The notes beneath the pieces were generated by a model. That model made no database searches. It was not told where the DNA came from and saw only the letters and a list, made by a program, of their open reading frames with translations. 64,000 nucleotides of DNA from Perna viridis. Taxonomy: Eukaryota. A program made the translations under genes and the position numbers. The first letter of the stretch is position 1, and each line of letters starts with the position of its first letter. Positions 35,519 to 49,408 of the stretch are shown in pieces. Location of the stretch: contig CM074512.1 in the NCBI GenBank assembly GCA_037379345.1, forward strand, positions 32,178,001 through 32,242,000. Direction: 5' to 3'.

Positions 35519-35716
35519 TGGGGTGCTCGAAGCTTTCCTAAATATGTCCTAAGTCACGTTCTAAGACCAACTTTGGGATGGAGTTAGGATCATCTTATGA
35601 CAATGTTAGGATGCGTCTCGGAGCTATCTCAGACATGTCTCAAGATAAGACTTAGGACAGAGACGAATCCAAAGATAGTCTTATCCCTAAGATAGCTTCG
35701 AAAAAACCCACCCCAG
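35519..35716. mobile_element. Degenerate MITE with TGGGGTG..CGAAGCT / AGCTTCG..CACCCCA ends
   Basis: Imperfect terminal inverted repeats; internal CCTAAG/CTTAGG-type repeated motifs. Confidence 0.5.
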
Positions 35717-36221
35717 GCTTTCTATTTTACTTACTAGTGCGTTCGATACAATAAAAAATATTATTATAATTTTTTGGATTAAAACTTATGAAAATAGTGG
35801 AATTAACTATTTTTTGACTGTTTAAAAAACACTCGCTTGAAGTGCTCGATAAACTACATCCCCATATTGGATCTTTCGAATATGTCAAAAGTTTTAATCA
35901 TTTTACCTAAGACATGTACACTTCATTTCCACGTAATCTCATAAAACAATAATTCGCATATCTTGTCAAATGGTCCTTTGATATATCGGGATGTGAATTT
36001 GTTCGAATTCTTTTAGATCTCTTTTTGTTATGAAAAACATAAAAATTACGTTAAATGGACTTCTTTTGATATACTTACAACATTCGAATGCTTGTAATAC
36101 AACGTTTTCGTTCGTTGTGGCTATACCGTTTATCGTCGAGTTATTGGAATTCCCATGGAGTTGTGCACCACTCATTTATGGACCTCTTTCTGCATTGTTA
36201 TTGATCATAGTTTATGGCTAG

Positions 36222-38080
36222 AACAAATAAAGACCCGTCCAAACATTTGGTAGAAAAACACCTACAGATATTTGGACGACATTTTGGCTCTTAACAATGA
36301 TGACTTCAATACTTATTCTGAGCACAAGATGATTGTGTATGTGAAAGAAAAACATTCTTGAGATGGTCCCGAGTGATAGCTATCGGCCTTACGGGAATAC
36401 GTTCGGTAGTCAGCAGAAACAGTCTTAAAATCAAAGTTCCTCAGCAAGAAAATCAGAAAAGTTTTATTTAGGTTCCATGCAATATTCATGGAGAAGTTCG
36501 GGAAAGGTTGCATGCACCGTAAATTTTTCCGCTGTTCCACTTGCTGTTCAAGAACCTAACCCGCCTTAGAAAAATATACTCCTACAGTGTAAGTGGATGG
36601 AACTCCGTTCCTCCATACCCCAACCTCTAACTTCCGAGCACAATATTTCTAACCGCTCGTTCCAACTTTCTTTGAAATCGGCAGAATTATAGAAAAAAAA
36701 TAACTTATTTTACAATTTCTTTACCCTAACACTGGAGAAAGTGACTAAATTAAAAAAACAAATGACCTACCTGATGAGAAAATCCAGCAATCCTTGAAAT
36801 CCTTTGTTAAAGAAGTTTAAATGAAATACATATTTGGTTTTCAGTATTTTGTGTGGGTGCATCCGGTTAATAAAATTAATGCTCGCTTCTGTAGGCAATA
36901 TACATGCCTACATCATATTACTGAAGATATATATTCTGCAGAACTTTTTTTTTAATAAAGCAAATATTGACAGTAAAGAATGTCCGTTTCTTGATCTTAG
37001 TATTTATATTTATAACGGTAAGCTTAATACATGTACTAAAATGTACTATAATAATAATGATTGTTCATCCCTATTGTCAAATTTCCGTTTTTAGATGGTG
37101 ACGTCACATGTTACCGTCATATAGAGTTTACATATCACAATTGGTTCGATTTGCTCGTATTTGTAACAATGTTACGGATTTTAACGAAAGAAATCTTTAT
37201 TTAACCGAGAAATTACTACAACAAAGTTTTCGACGTCACAAGCTCGTAAAAACGTTCACAAAATGTTTCAACGGATATAAGGAACTCATTCTCAAATACA
37301 GATGTACTTGTAAACGATTAATACGTGCGGGTATCTCCGACCCTATATTTTATGGTAACAAAGTGAACGGAGAGGAAAGCTCGATGCTCCCCAAATGAGT
37401 TAACTAAACCGTTGAATAAGCTAATTCGTAAGGGATGTTGTTATGATATTTTTGTCAAATCGTTAAAGATAGCATATTTTTTTGTATCAACATTAATTCG
37501 CTTATAGGGTCTTTACATAGAAACTAACACACTGTAAAAGCAGTATTTGGCGTGGCACGGTTTACACTAATTATGTACCGTGTTTTTCAACCCTGCTTAG
37601 GAATAATTGGGATTGATATTGTATAGTTAGGGCATAACTTTTAGTAGGTTTAAGGTATGTCAGCTAACTACTAGTTGCCCTTTGTTTTTGCACTTGTGTA
37701 ACATAAAATCAGTTTCTTTATTAGACTAATCTTTAGGTGAGATTAATTGCATAATATCTTTCCACAGTGGCCAGATTTTATAGGGGAGGGTTGTGATTAC
37801 CCCGCCGCATTTTTTCGCCTGTTCAAAGTCAGGAATTTCTGGCCTCTGTATGTATTGATTCGTTTTCACTTTCAGTTTAACTTTATATTGCTGGAGTATA
37901 TAGTGGCAACGGTTTCACTTGTGTTTAACGTTGTTTTAGGGACAACTGTAGCCTGTCCTATTATGACAAGGTTTTCTCGTCATTCATTAAAGATCCATAA
38001 TTAGCATTGAGTTGACATATTTTCATCCTGGTAGGGTAGTTGTCTTTTTGATATACTCACCATATCCATTCTGGTTATAT
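36222..38080 (+). mobile_element. Decayed, 5'-truncated Penelope-like retroelement (RT catalytic and thumb region + 3' UTR), interrupted at ~36322-36920
   Basis: TYRYLDDILALNNDDF (YLDD at 36269-36280). Resumes as DIYSAEL..NKANIDSKECPFLDLSIYIYNGKLNT, then PIVxFPFLDGDV and PSYRVYISQLVRFARICNNVTDFNERNLYLTEKLLQQSFRRHKLVKTFTK. Contains frameshifts. Confidence 0.8.
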
Positions 38081-38519
38081 TTCATATCCGTTGTATATAT
38101 CTTTTCAAAGTATACTATGGGGTCATTGCATAAATATTCACCAATATTCATTCAATAACCCTTTTATTTTATAGTGATAAATTTTCTAGTGCTCCAGAAT
38201 GAAGTATTATTTTTTTAACTGAGGTGTGATTTTTACGTACACTGCTAATATTGCACTAAGTCAAATATAGTGATATTAGCACTAGTGAAATATGCCTGTA
38301 GTCTTCCTTTGGCAATGCTTGTTTCCCATTATTATGTATAGAAATTGTTTAATCATTTCATGTTATTCTTTTAACTGAAACATGAGCGTAAACCATCAGA
38401 TGAGTTGGTGGGCAAAATATTCCTCTATTTTGTCAGTCGTTTATAATCACTACATGGCTTGGACATTGATAGAACATTGAAATCTAAATTATATGTACAG
38501 TTATTCAATAACAGTTTAA

Positions 38520-38770
38520 TTTTAAAAGTAACATGGTTTCCGATTGGATCAAAAATTGTGTTTATCATCTCATATACCAAAGTTTGTAATGGCTGTTACG
38601 TCATCTAACTTTTTTTAATGATTTACTCGTTGAATTTTTGGTTAAATAAAATTATACGGAATGCCCTTGGTGCACACTTTAAAATAACATGCTACGCCGG
38701 TTATTTAGTGGGCACCAGTGATTGAGGTAATTTCTTCATAGACCGAAAAAATATAACAGTCATTCCTTAA
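38520..38770. mobile_element. Fold-back (Crypton-like) non-autonomous element fragment
   Basis: TGGTGCACAC..AATAAC-atGCTACGCcg-GTTATT..GTGGGCACCA hairpin 38668-38717; ends CATTCCTTAA; GATTGG motif; homolog at 461-590. Confidence 0.55.
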
Positions 38771-41700
38771 TGAATCTTTGTCCGAATAAGTCAGTCCAAG
38801 TTCGACGAAGTTCGATACCAGCCACTCTGCTCAAAAGATAGGGGTGTCCTGTTCTGCCATATTATTTTCCTTACAAAACGACCGGTGTGCCAAATGAAAA
38901 CTTATATTCGGAACGTATCCGTATATTGTTCTTTTAGTTTCTAATGAATTGAATAGGCCAAAATTTATTACTAAATAATAAACTATTATTTTTTTTTTAT
39001 CAGGACAACATATTTCGATCGAGTGATATATCCCTTCTCTTCGAAGGGCGAAAATTCTCATGTTGACAATTGACACGGTAACTATCACTCCTGTCCTTCT
39101 TGAGGCAATATGCAAAGTTTATTGACTTACCACTGAATTGGATTGGGAGGTCAGTGAACTTTCTGTTATAGCATCTTTCAATTAATTCTTCATAACTAGC
39201 TTGAGAAATTTGAATGCAATCCGTATTTTCAATGCTACAACTAGAAGACATTCTTCAACTCTTCGAAGCACGTTCATAAATTGCAAGGAAAATTATATTC
39301 GGTTGTAAACCATTAAAATTTCATTTTTTAGTAGTAATGCTTTATTATGGAAAAATCACTATCATTTTGAAGGCATTCTTAATGGGAAAATAAGTATATG
39401 ACATCCTAAGTTGGGGAAATATTCATGAGTATTATTATTGTTATATTAACATTAATAAAACATAATGTATATTTATGGATGGATTCACATAGTTAATTTT
39501 TAAATTTCCAATGACATCCTAGTAAAATTCATATTTAATAGAGTAATATGGGGCCCTATCTCCACTTTATCTTTGAACGATTATAAATGTTTTTTTTTCA
39601 CTTTGTATACACGAGGTAAAGATTGCATTGGCAGCATTTAATTTTTGACATAAAATTAATTGCATATTTATTTAAAATAGATTGTCAAAAAGGTAAACAA
39701 ACTTTGATGTCAAAAGATGTACCATTTATTATTGATAAAAATAAATTAGAAAAGTAAACTTCATTTTCAACGAGTCATTAAGTTTGAATTTTGAAGTTTA
39801 TCCTTTTCTGTCTTCCGTTCAATTACGATTGATTCGATCTAAAACATAAAGCGACAGAAAGTCCAAAAATGAAGTAAAAATAAACCAAAAACTGTTAAAT
39901 TAAAAGTGCATACTTAAAAAACGACTGCGTTCGATTTCAAGTAGACTATATTTAACTGGTAATACGTCTTCGATATTAAGGAAGGTCTAAAACAGTTTTT
40001 GAAATTTATGAGAATTAACGCAAATAAATGCCTAGATCGGCCATCATTTGTTGGCCAGATATACTAACGTGCATGTGTACCCGACTTTGAAGCCGATCCA
40101 ATAAGCTTCAAATTATACAAAGCCTTAAAAAACAGTGGACATACCGCCCAAAAACCTATACGACCAAAAGTCAGTCTCTCGACCTTCAAGAAAAACCAGT
40201 GGGATATAACATGCACACGGAGTTTGCCTTTAACTGGTCCCTTAATCGACATACACGCCGGTTCAACGAGTTTCGAAATTGCAATAGAGCGCCGCTCCTA
40301 AGAAAGTACTTAAAGTCGAAGCTCCAATACAGAACTGATGTCAGTACTATTTTTAAGTATACGCGGTAAATGGGGGAATCCGCCCCGCTTTTTGCAGAAG
40401 ATTTTCTTCAGTTATTACCTCTTCCCTATAGTTGCATCGCAAATTGTTGTACTTAATCTAAGTTTCTAACTTGTGAACGGTTCAAAACATTACAATAAAA
40501 TAGACAAACGGAATGCTATATTAACTTTGAAGCTCGAATGATATAGTTACTTCAATGTCAGTTTTGCAAAGTGCTTTAAAAGGAATCGAGCACTCCTCTA
40601 AACCTTGGGTTATAAATATCATATAATTGTTATAAACATCACTTTCACTCGGAGATTTACGTCTTGAAATTTGACAAAGACTACTCTTATGAAGAATTGC
40701 AATTAAGAAGAAGACATTTTATTATTCCCTGTCGAAAAAGAATATTCCTTTAATTTTTGCCGACCACAGTTTTAATAGCAAGGTATTGATTGCACCTGGA
40801 ATGCTGATTACATCGTATTATCATTTTTTACTATTTGAGGCCCAAACAGGGCCCGTCCAAAATCAGGAAATTGTATGCAGATTTGATTACATGTAGTTTT
40901 ATTTTAAGATACTTTTAAAAGAATCAAAATTTAAAGTGTAAAAATTTGAATACCAATATTTCTTCGAAAGAAACCAGAAAGGAAACTCGGGAACTGAAAA
41001 TGCCCTTCTTGTACCTCATTATTCGATAATTTCCAAAACATCCCAGAAAGATATATATTTTCCATTTAATAGTCCCGGTAGTTTTTGTTTTACTTTACAG
41101 AGGAGATACAGTTTACAATAATTCAGAAAAAATGCAAAACCTTAAACATTTTTATAATGCTTATTTGTTTTAGGGGAACATATTGCTCTTTTTACCAGCA
41201 ACAAAAAAGATTTATAACGGCATGCAATGTAATGAAAGTGCACAGCCTGAACTATCAATGTCAGCTTCAAAGGTAATCACTGCCAGACACTCATGACATT
41301 TGCGTCACCGTCGAAAGCTGCGAGACTAATTTTATGGACGTTGTCTTAATGTTACATAGCCTAACCAATTTCTATCCTGCACCTGTGCTTGCTCCATTGC
41401 ACGCACTTGATACTACGAAGCAATTGCGACTGATATTTTATATGAGATGTTTTGCATTGCTTATCATTGAAGAGCCTTACGTGAAATCTCCTGTTGCACA
41501 GTAACAAGCGCGACTGAATCTGATATCTGATGAGAAAGTTCATCATTTTCTTTAGTACAGCGAATTTTGTGATATCATTGAGCGAGAACAACATGTATCT
41601 GATTTATTATATGGAATGTTTATCATTGTTCTTCATTGTAAATGTCTATTTTGAAATTTATGGTACTATTTTCGTCCCAATCTTTACTAGTATAGCAGTT

Positions 41701-42063
41701 AGTAATTTTGTTTAACATTTATACAGAAGAAAATTAACATTGACTTAACTAAAGATTCTTTGGTTTATTAGTTTGAATTTTAACCATAAGGTCATGCAAA
41801 TCAAAATATCTTACGATTCAACAAATGCATGTAGATATTCTTGCGTTTCTTTGCGCTTTACCTGACATCATGTGCGACCGAGTGGAATTCCGTCAGATTT
41901 CTTAGTTTGCTTTATTCGATCGTACAGATCTTTATACGGTGTTTCTTGAAATAAGTTATCAGTCATCTTATTCATTATCGCCTGCTTTTTTTCATCATGC
42001 TTACTAAAATTAATCAAGGATTAAATTAAGGCCCCATCTCTTCCTTCGAAAAATAATCGAATA

Positions 42064-42235
42064 CAGGGACGGATCCAGACACTTTGAAAAGGGGGGGATG
42101 CCAGCCGGATTACTCAGAAAATGGGGGTGCTAGGACATTATTTGCACATTTTTGTAAATTTTACTGATGAAAATTACAAATTTTCCTATAGAAAGGGGGC
42201 GCCAACCCCCCGCACACCCTCTGGATCCGACAGTG
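42064..42235. mobile_element. MITE, CAGGGGCGGATCCAG-type TIR family
   Basis: CAGGGACGGATCCAGA ... TCTGGATCCGACAGTG; partial relatives near 37764, 49507, 54640 and 56640. Confidence 0.75.
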
Positions 42236-42344
42236 GAATAAAGAAACAAACATTATTACTGACCATAACCGCACTCCAATCCCAACTCAATTAATCACCA
42301 AGCGAAAAAATACAAAATAGCAGTGTTTTAAGTCTATTTCTTAA

Positions 42345-42770
42345 AGCACTTGTGACTTGACCATTGACCCACTGTTCCCTGGAAGTCCCCTAAAGCCTTC
42401 ACACGTATAGGTTTCATTTATATCCAGGATTGGCAACGAATTTTTATTTGAAAAATTATGTAATGAATTGTGGTTGACCCTGAGCTTTGACCTACTAACC
42501 ACAAAACCAGAAGGTATCCTCCTTGCCACTAAAACATTCACCACTATATGTTACAATTGCAAGTTTATCCATGCAGGGTTTATTGGTATTATTTATCGGA
42601 AACCGATTTTCACCTATCCATAAAGTGTATGAGACTTTGAATTTTGACCTACTGACCATTATATATATAGCCATTAGGGTCTTCTTTATATCTAATCCTC
42701 CATTTGTGTAAATTTCTTTGAATAACAAAAACTAAAAACTAAATCCTAGAAACTGAACCGACGGACGAAA
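42345..42770. mobile_element. Degenerate Helitron/Helentron-type non-autonomous element with ~2.5 internal repeats
   Basis: TGACxTTGAxxTTTGACCTACT motif recurring at ~42353, ~42475 and ~42633; ends with gaccgacggacg microsatellite-like motif. Confidence 0.5.
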
Positions 42771-44904
42771 AGAAATCTAAATAAACTCAAATCATCAATG
42801 ATTGTTTCAAATACAAATATTTTTTCTATTAGATTAGTGGAGGGAAGAAAATAGAGATGACGTAAACTTCATACGACTGTGCCAAGATTTAACCCTTCAC
42901 TTTTTGCCAATTGTTTAAATCAACATTTCGCCAATAAATATTGTTAACTAGACTTTCTCAAGATGTTCTATATTACCTTCAATTGAAGCAGGAATGCTTT
43001 TCTTGCAATAATAGTTTATAAGCGTCTTCAAACTCTCCAGTGATCCAGTAATTACTGCTATTACTTATTACATAAGAGCAACAATATGACTTCTACAAAC
43101 ATTTTCTTTATGATTATCTGTATGAGTAATAATTTTTACTTGTATTTTATACGTTTTTTATGGTCGCTCAGATATTCTCAATTTCATGCGCCATAAATTT
43201 GTTTTGATCACTTTCACCTCAGGAGAACAAGTCTTCACTGTACTTTTAATAATCCTAAAAGGGGCCTAGTTAATTTGCACTTAAAAGTGATAGCATTTGT
43301 GTATCAGATAAGATAGTATTTTATCCCGTTGGGTGTCTACATTTTAGTGATTTTGTCTCCTTATCTGGCAGACTAAAACAACTCGTATATACATGTACCA
43401 TGTTTAATTCTTTTGTTCATGCTTTTGCATGAACCTGGAATTAAATTTCAGTGTAATATTGGCGATAATAATCATACTTACAACTTGGTACCTGTTTCAG
43501 TAGCTGTTTTATTTGTTTGTACTTAGATCTTTTAAGATTCCCTTCGTCCTCATCTGTGTCAATAAATATAAAAGACATCAGCCACTGAGTTTGCACCGAA
43601 TAGGGAAAATATTTTCAAAATATTTCTAAATTAAAAGATTCTAGAAACCAAGTATATACATGTATGTGAGAATCACCTTTTGCGTCGGTCTAGTTCCGTC
43701 TCTCTATGAACTTTGTAAGCTCAACTTCTCCTAAACTGGCATTTCGAGGAAGCTTTATACAATGGTTTGACATAGTTTAAAGCATTGTAGTCGTCGTTAA
43801 TCCTTACATGTAAACCTTTCAGTATTTTAATGGGGGTTATCAGTCAGTAATGACATTTCAAAGCTCTAGCTTGATGGGATAGATGGTTGAACAGTTTAAA
43901 CAAATTATTTCAATTCTATCTGTAATTCTAATACACAATCCATGCAGTATCCTTGCAGACCTCATTAGTTGCGTTAGTTCTTCATCAAATGTAAGTCTAT
44001 ATAGACTAAATAATAAAAAAACGCTAGCTATAACAGAATATTAGAACGTTTTATGGAAGACTTGTCGTTGAATGTGCAGAAATTAGAGGATTAGTTGTAA
44101 ATTCTGTTTATGGCAAAATCTGTCATAATCAAGCGATGTCCTATGTCAAAATTAGCAATTATGTTGAAAAAAATGTAAAATTGCAACTATGGCAGTGTTT
44201 TGGATCTACGTATGTCGTATAGTTTTGAATCTCGTATCCGTTCCCCGTTTAGACGTTAAAAAGTACAGCATCGGCGCCTATTCAGGATATGGTTTTAGAC
44301 CGTGTTATATGACTCTTTTACCTTTCATATTTTACTTGCTTTTGCCAAGAATCTGTTTAGCTATAGCGCAGAAATTCATATTCTCCATAATTTCTCTGGC
44401 AAAAAAAGAGAGAAAAAGTTTTACAATTCATGCAAAAAGCTGTTAAAACTAAAGCTTTCAAGTAGGGCTCCTTGTGTCAATACCAATTAACATCACAAAC
44501 AACTAAGATTTTAACAGGCAAGCCCTAATATACTTGAAGACAATGTGTCTTATCTACTTACATTTTCAAAAACTTCACATAATGATTTAAACAGAGGGTA
44601 TGTCAACAAGTTAACAAGATAAGTGGAAATAAGTGGTAAATCAAAAACTTAGGAATTTCAGAAGCTTTGTCTGTTTCAAAAGTGGTAATTTTCACACTTT
44701 TTACGTAAATCCTGAATGCTGGGGCTATCTTATCATTGTATTGCGTAAAAATAATGAAATTAGTTATGATTTCTTACACTTATTTGAAATAATTGGTCAT
44801 AAAAAGATAATTTTAGTTCCTTTTTTATCTTGCCTGGATATTTTATTATCTATTATACATAATTTATAGGACACCCAAGGTTGTCTGTTTGGAGGTTTTT
44901 GTGG

Positions 44905-45086
44905 TACAGTAGAATCTGACTATTCTGACCCACTTTGTGAAACAGAAAATTTTTGTCACATAAGACAGGCTTGAGGCAGATGAAAAGACATCGAAATACA
45001 AAAAGCATTTCAGGACCATATTTACTTCAGCCAATACAGGATTGTCTAATTTGGCACGTGTTGCATTAGATTCGGTTCTACTATTA
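44905..45086. mobile_element. Degenerate Tc1/mariner-type MITE (TA|CAGTAGAA...TTCTACT)
   Basis: Imperfect TIRs tacagtagaatctg / cggttctacta; a similar class of element lies at ~59405-59548. Confidence 0.45.
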
Positions 45087-46408
45087 TATTGTGTTGAGTT
45101 TAAGAAGATATTTGCATTTGATAAACCTTATTGCTTTCTGTATAGTCACCTGTCAATCTATTTTTTTTAAGTTGTGAATGCCGTCATAGAAGCTGGAAAT
45201 TATCTACCGGTCTTTAAAGTTATTTTTTTAATAAGCCATTGTTGTGGCGTCAGAAAATTGTAAAAAAAATATGTTTTATGAACAACCGAATGAAAACATT
45301 AGACTTCAACTGTTGACAAGTTCCGTTCACCTTTCGTTCAACATCAATTCACATGCAATATATTAAAACATTTTATTTCAAAAGAATACAGACAAGCATG
45401 AATAAGTCCATGATACAAAATATGTAAATGGACCCATTTTTCAAGAAGCCGTCCAGGAGACATGTCCACTGTCACTTCGAAAATATGAAAGGCAAGAGTG
45501 TCTATGGTTATTGGTTCAATGATATAACACACAAAAACACAAGTAATTGGTAAAAAAACGGGCGCATAGAGCGAAAATCTTCCTTGTTTACATCTTTATT
45601 GACAGGCATAATGACACTAATACAAATATACCAAACAAATGTGTGAGCCTTCTTTCTACAGGGGTCTAGTCAGGTTGCCTATCGCAGCATATGAAAAAAA
45701 AAATTAGATTAGAAAAATGCAAATGTTTAGTAAACTTGTAATTTGCACAGCAAAACAAACACCTCGACTCTTCAACGAAGCAACTTATTGTTTAGAATGT
45801 TTAATGAATTCATAAAAAGTAAAGATCAGTTGGTGATATTTTCTACGCAGATTCCTCATAGAACCCAAATGGCAGTGACCAGAGGTTGATATATATAGGT
45901 CTCCATATATACTCTTGCTATTCAAACTAACTGTGAGTGTGTATATTTCAACGACTGATATTAGCAATAAATTAAGTATGATGTAACATATAGATATGTA
46001 TATCTTTTACTTTCATATAATTATTAGACGTTTGACCGATAAAATGGTACTTTCTACAAAAGATTTTGGCTGAACTCCTGAAAAATGTATCTTACTTCTG
46101 ATTGGAGCCTGCATAAATCATATAAAATCGATGTGCTAATCGTCAGCGACCCGATTAACTCGTTCGTTAAAGTACTATTTTATGGAAGCTAACATTGTAT
46201 TCGTATATAGTTTAGAAGAAGACTGGAATCAGGTTTTACATAAAAGGCAAGACCAGAATTCACGATGAAATAAACACTGGAAAAAATCCAGACTAATGTA
46301 TTAATTTAAAAAAAGTTTAAAAGGTTCCTTCTTTAAAGTTACTATTTTTGACAATTTTCTCCTTAAGTTCCGTCATCTAATCAATTACTTCTTGCTATTT
46401 TTTTCCTA

Positions 46409-46894
46409 TAGGCCCGTCCTTCAGCCAGTTACCTCTGGCTATTTCCTCATGTAGGCCCGTCCTTCAGCCAGTTACCTCTGGCTATTTCCTCATGTAGACC
46501 CGTCCTTCAGCCAGTTACCTCTGGCTATTTCCTCATGTAGGCCCGTCCTTCAGCCAGTTACCTCTGGCTATTTCCTCATGTAGGCCCGTCCTTCAGCCAG
46601 TTACCTCTGGCTATCCTCATGTAGGCCCGTCCTTCAGCCAGTTACCTCTGGCTATCCTCATGTAGGCCCGTCCTTCAGCCAGTTACCTCTGGCTATTTCC
46701 TCATGTAGGCCCGTCCTTCAGCCAGTTACCTCTGGCTATTTCCTCATGTAGGCCCGTCCTTCAGCCAGTTACCTCTGGCTATCCTCATGTAGGCCCGTCC
46801 TTCAGCCAGTTACCTCTGGCTATTTCCTCATGTAGGCCCGTCCTTCAGCCAGTTACCTCTGGCTATTTCCTCATGTAGGCCCATCCTCCAGTCA
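46409..46894. repeat. Homogeneous 43/41-bp tandem array, ~11.5 copies
   Basis: Unit GTAGGCCCGTCCTTCAGCCAGTTACCTCTGGCTA(TT)TCCTCAT; one substitution (copy 3) and a 2-bp deletion variant in three copies. Confidence 0.97.
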
Positions 46895-46898
46895 CTTG

Positions 46899-47091
46899 TC
46901 AAAGAGTAATCAAGGGAACCAAGAATATAGGGTAATCAAAAGAATTCAATCCAGGGACAAAGACCAAACATGGAAAACAGACATACACAACAAAGAACAT
47001 AAAGTAACTAAAATCATACATACAAAGTAACAAAAGCAAATGAGCAACTCGGACTCCACTAAAAACTGGGAGCATGGACCAGGTGCACCGG
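46899..47091 (-). mobile_element. Dispersed repeat family, copy C (5'-truncated)
   Basis: Reverse complement of copy B from CCGGTGCACCTGG to GATTACTCTTTGA. Confidence 0.85.
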
Positions 47092-47905
47092 AAGAAATCC
47101 TCTAAAAGCTTACTTAGTATGATTTTATCGTAGCTTCTCATGATATGACGACCTTTCTTCTTTTTCCTTCACCGTAAGTATAAAAGAATGTCTTTTAACC
47201 TGAAGTCAGTAAGTGTAGACTGATGGACACGACAAAGGAGTTCTGCAAGATTAGTGTCTATGCTTGGTGATTTCTAAGTAATGAATTTGGACTGGTTTTG
47301 GTCTCGTGGTAACAAACATTTTGTTGTGATTGCCAAAACATAGTCCTGATGCCTTCCCTGTTAGCATCAATCAAGTTAAATACATGTAGCTATACTGTAG
47401 GTGTTTAGAGCCCTTTTTAAGTTGAAGGAACCACACTCAAATTGTGTGATCCCAACTAATTCACTAAATAAGAGTAACAACAAAATTATCGAACACTAAT
47501 CCGATTCATAATCAAGTCAAGACCAAAATAAATCTGGCAAAACGGATATTACACCACCGAAACAGCTGGTACCGCAATGGTCCTGACTTGGTACAGGCAC
47601 TTCAGTTCAATCTAGGTTTTACAGCGCGCTAAACCTCCATTGCGGCCTGACTATACCAGTAGTGACATTAACACAAACTTGAGGTGTAGTAGTTATTGAG
47701 CTATTTTAAATTCAGTTTTTTTTTAACGTTTATTACGAGAGTAATCTGAAAAGGGTGATTTTATACACACAAAATTATTCAATATGCATCTATCTGATGG
47801 TTCAGAAAGACGGGTTTGCGTAATTGAAACACTAAAAAAAAAAGGAACGAGAAAAGCTGGGTGGCCGAATTGAAATTAAACGATTTATTACCAGAAACTG
47901 AACAG

Positions 47906-48048
47906 TTTCGGGTAATGCGTTTTAAGTTTTTTTTTCACACATGATAATTCTATGAAACCAGTCAATGAGCTACTAATTTCGGGTAATGCGTTTTAAGTTT
48001 TTTTTTCACACATGATAATTCTATGAAACCAGTCAATGGGCTACTAAT
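47906..48048. repeat. 71-bp direct tandem duplication
   Basis: TTTCGGGTAATGCG...GCTACTAA twice, one mismatch. Confidence 0.95.
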
Positions 48049-49408
48049 ATAAAGAAAACACTTTTAGAACTTTTTGTCTTACAAATTTGAAATTTCTTTG
48101 AATTAAAAAATAGACGTTTATTTACAATTGTGAGGGTCGCTGATACAATCGTTAACTTTGATGTTATCCACTCTTGAAGTACTTTATATTCCAAATTCGT
48201 TTGTTTTTGATGTTTTTGATTAAACCTATTAAATTATAATTTTTCAACTCCGCTTTTATTCTGTAAAGATGAGTATCATTTTGTGTAATGAATATGGAAA
48301 TCAAGAAAAGTGCAAGCTCCTTTGAAGCAATGACCTTAATACCAACTTGTTAACCAAGAGGACCGAGTGTAGTTCAGATTGGTTTGGGTTGAAGCTTATT
48401 CTACGTGATCTGTATTAACTGCAAGACTGTGTTTTTGTTGAAATAAGCAGAGACTAATCACAAACTATCATGAAAGATCATTCCTATTTTTAAGTCTGAA
48501 AATAGTCTTAAGTTCCACGGTAAAACTCCAATCAGAATCTTTATATTTTTGTTTGTTTCACAAATAGTAAAAAAATGTATTTTGAGACTTAAATCATTTT
48601 TTTTCAAGTTTTGTGGCGCCAGGAATTGGTGAAAAAAAAGCAACGAAGCGCATGCACAGTTTTCTGCGTATATATCTCATTTATATTAACTCCGATAAAG
48701 CGATAAATAAGACATTTTTTCTGTCAATACTAAATAGCTTTAAAAAAAAGTATGGTCAAAAAATCAATAGTAGCACTTGGAATAGATCCATATTTGAGAT
48801 ATTTGATAATTTTCTTGTAGTGGAGATATCCCTATTTTCGATGCTTTTTCTTGTACTTAAGAACACACGTGTTGAAAAATTTAAGTGTTCATAATGCGTC
48901 ACATTTACACGATGGATTCATATGAAATAGTTTTCAAATTCCCTGAAATGAGAAAATTTAGAAATTCCACAAATTAGGGGAGCCGCTTATAAATGTAATT
49001 ATTACTTGTCGTAAATTAAAAAAAAAACCACTGTATCACTTTTAACATTACATACCAATAGCACCAAATTGAATTTCATTTTTTAAAGGTCTGATTGGCT
49101 TCTTCATTTGTTGGTGTGGGTGTGCATTTTTTGTTTGTTTCTTAAAATACAAAATGTATCAATCACTCATTATTATGCGATGTCGTCTTTTCAAACATTT
49201 ATTCCATTGAATATGATGATGATCTAGATTTTCTTTCCCCCCCAAAAAATTCGTAAATTATAGAAATAGGAGAACACTACAGACAATTATTGTATAAAAA
49301 TTTTTGTGGATTTCATCAAAGTATCTAAATTTTATGTTTTTTTTGGAATTATATTTTTTTTACCGAACCCCCAAAACTACGAATATTTTGCTCCAATCGA
49401 ACAAAAGA

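Noticed and set aside
39000-39251. Minus-strand ORF with LRR-N-cap-like CYNRKFTDLP
   Set aside because: No LRR repeats follow and there are no convincing splice sites or signal peptide; cannot be supported
46409-46894. CRISPR array or tandem hammerhead ribozyme (minus strand has CTGAAGGA...GAAA)
   Set aside because: No unique spacers, no cas genes, and a eukaryotic context. The hammerhead core is off-consensus (CUGAAGG, not CUGANGA), and stems II and III cannot form.
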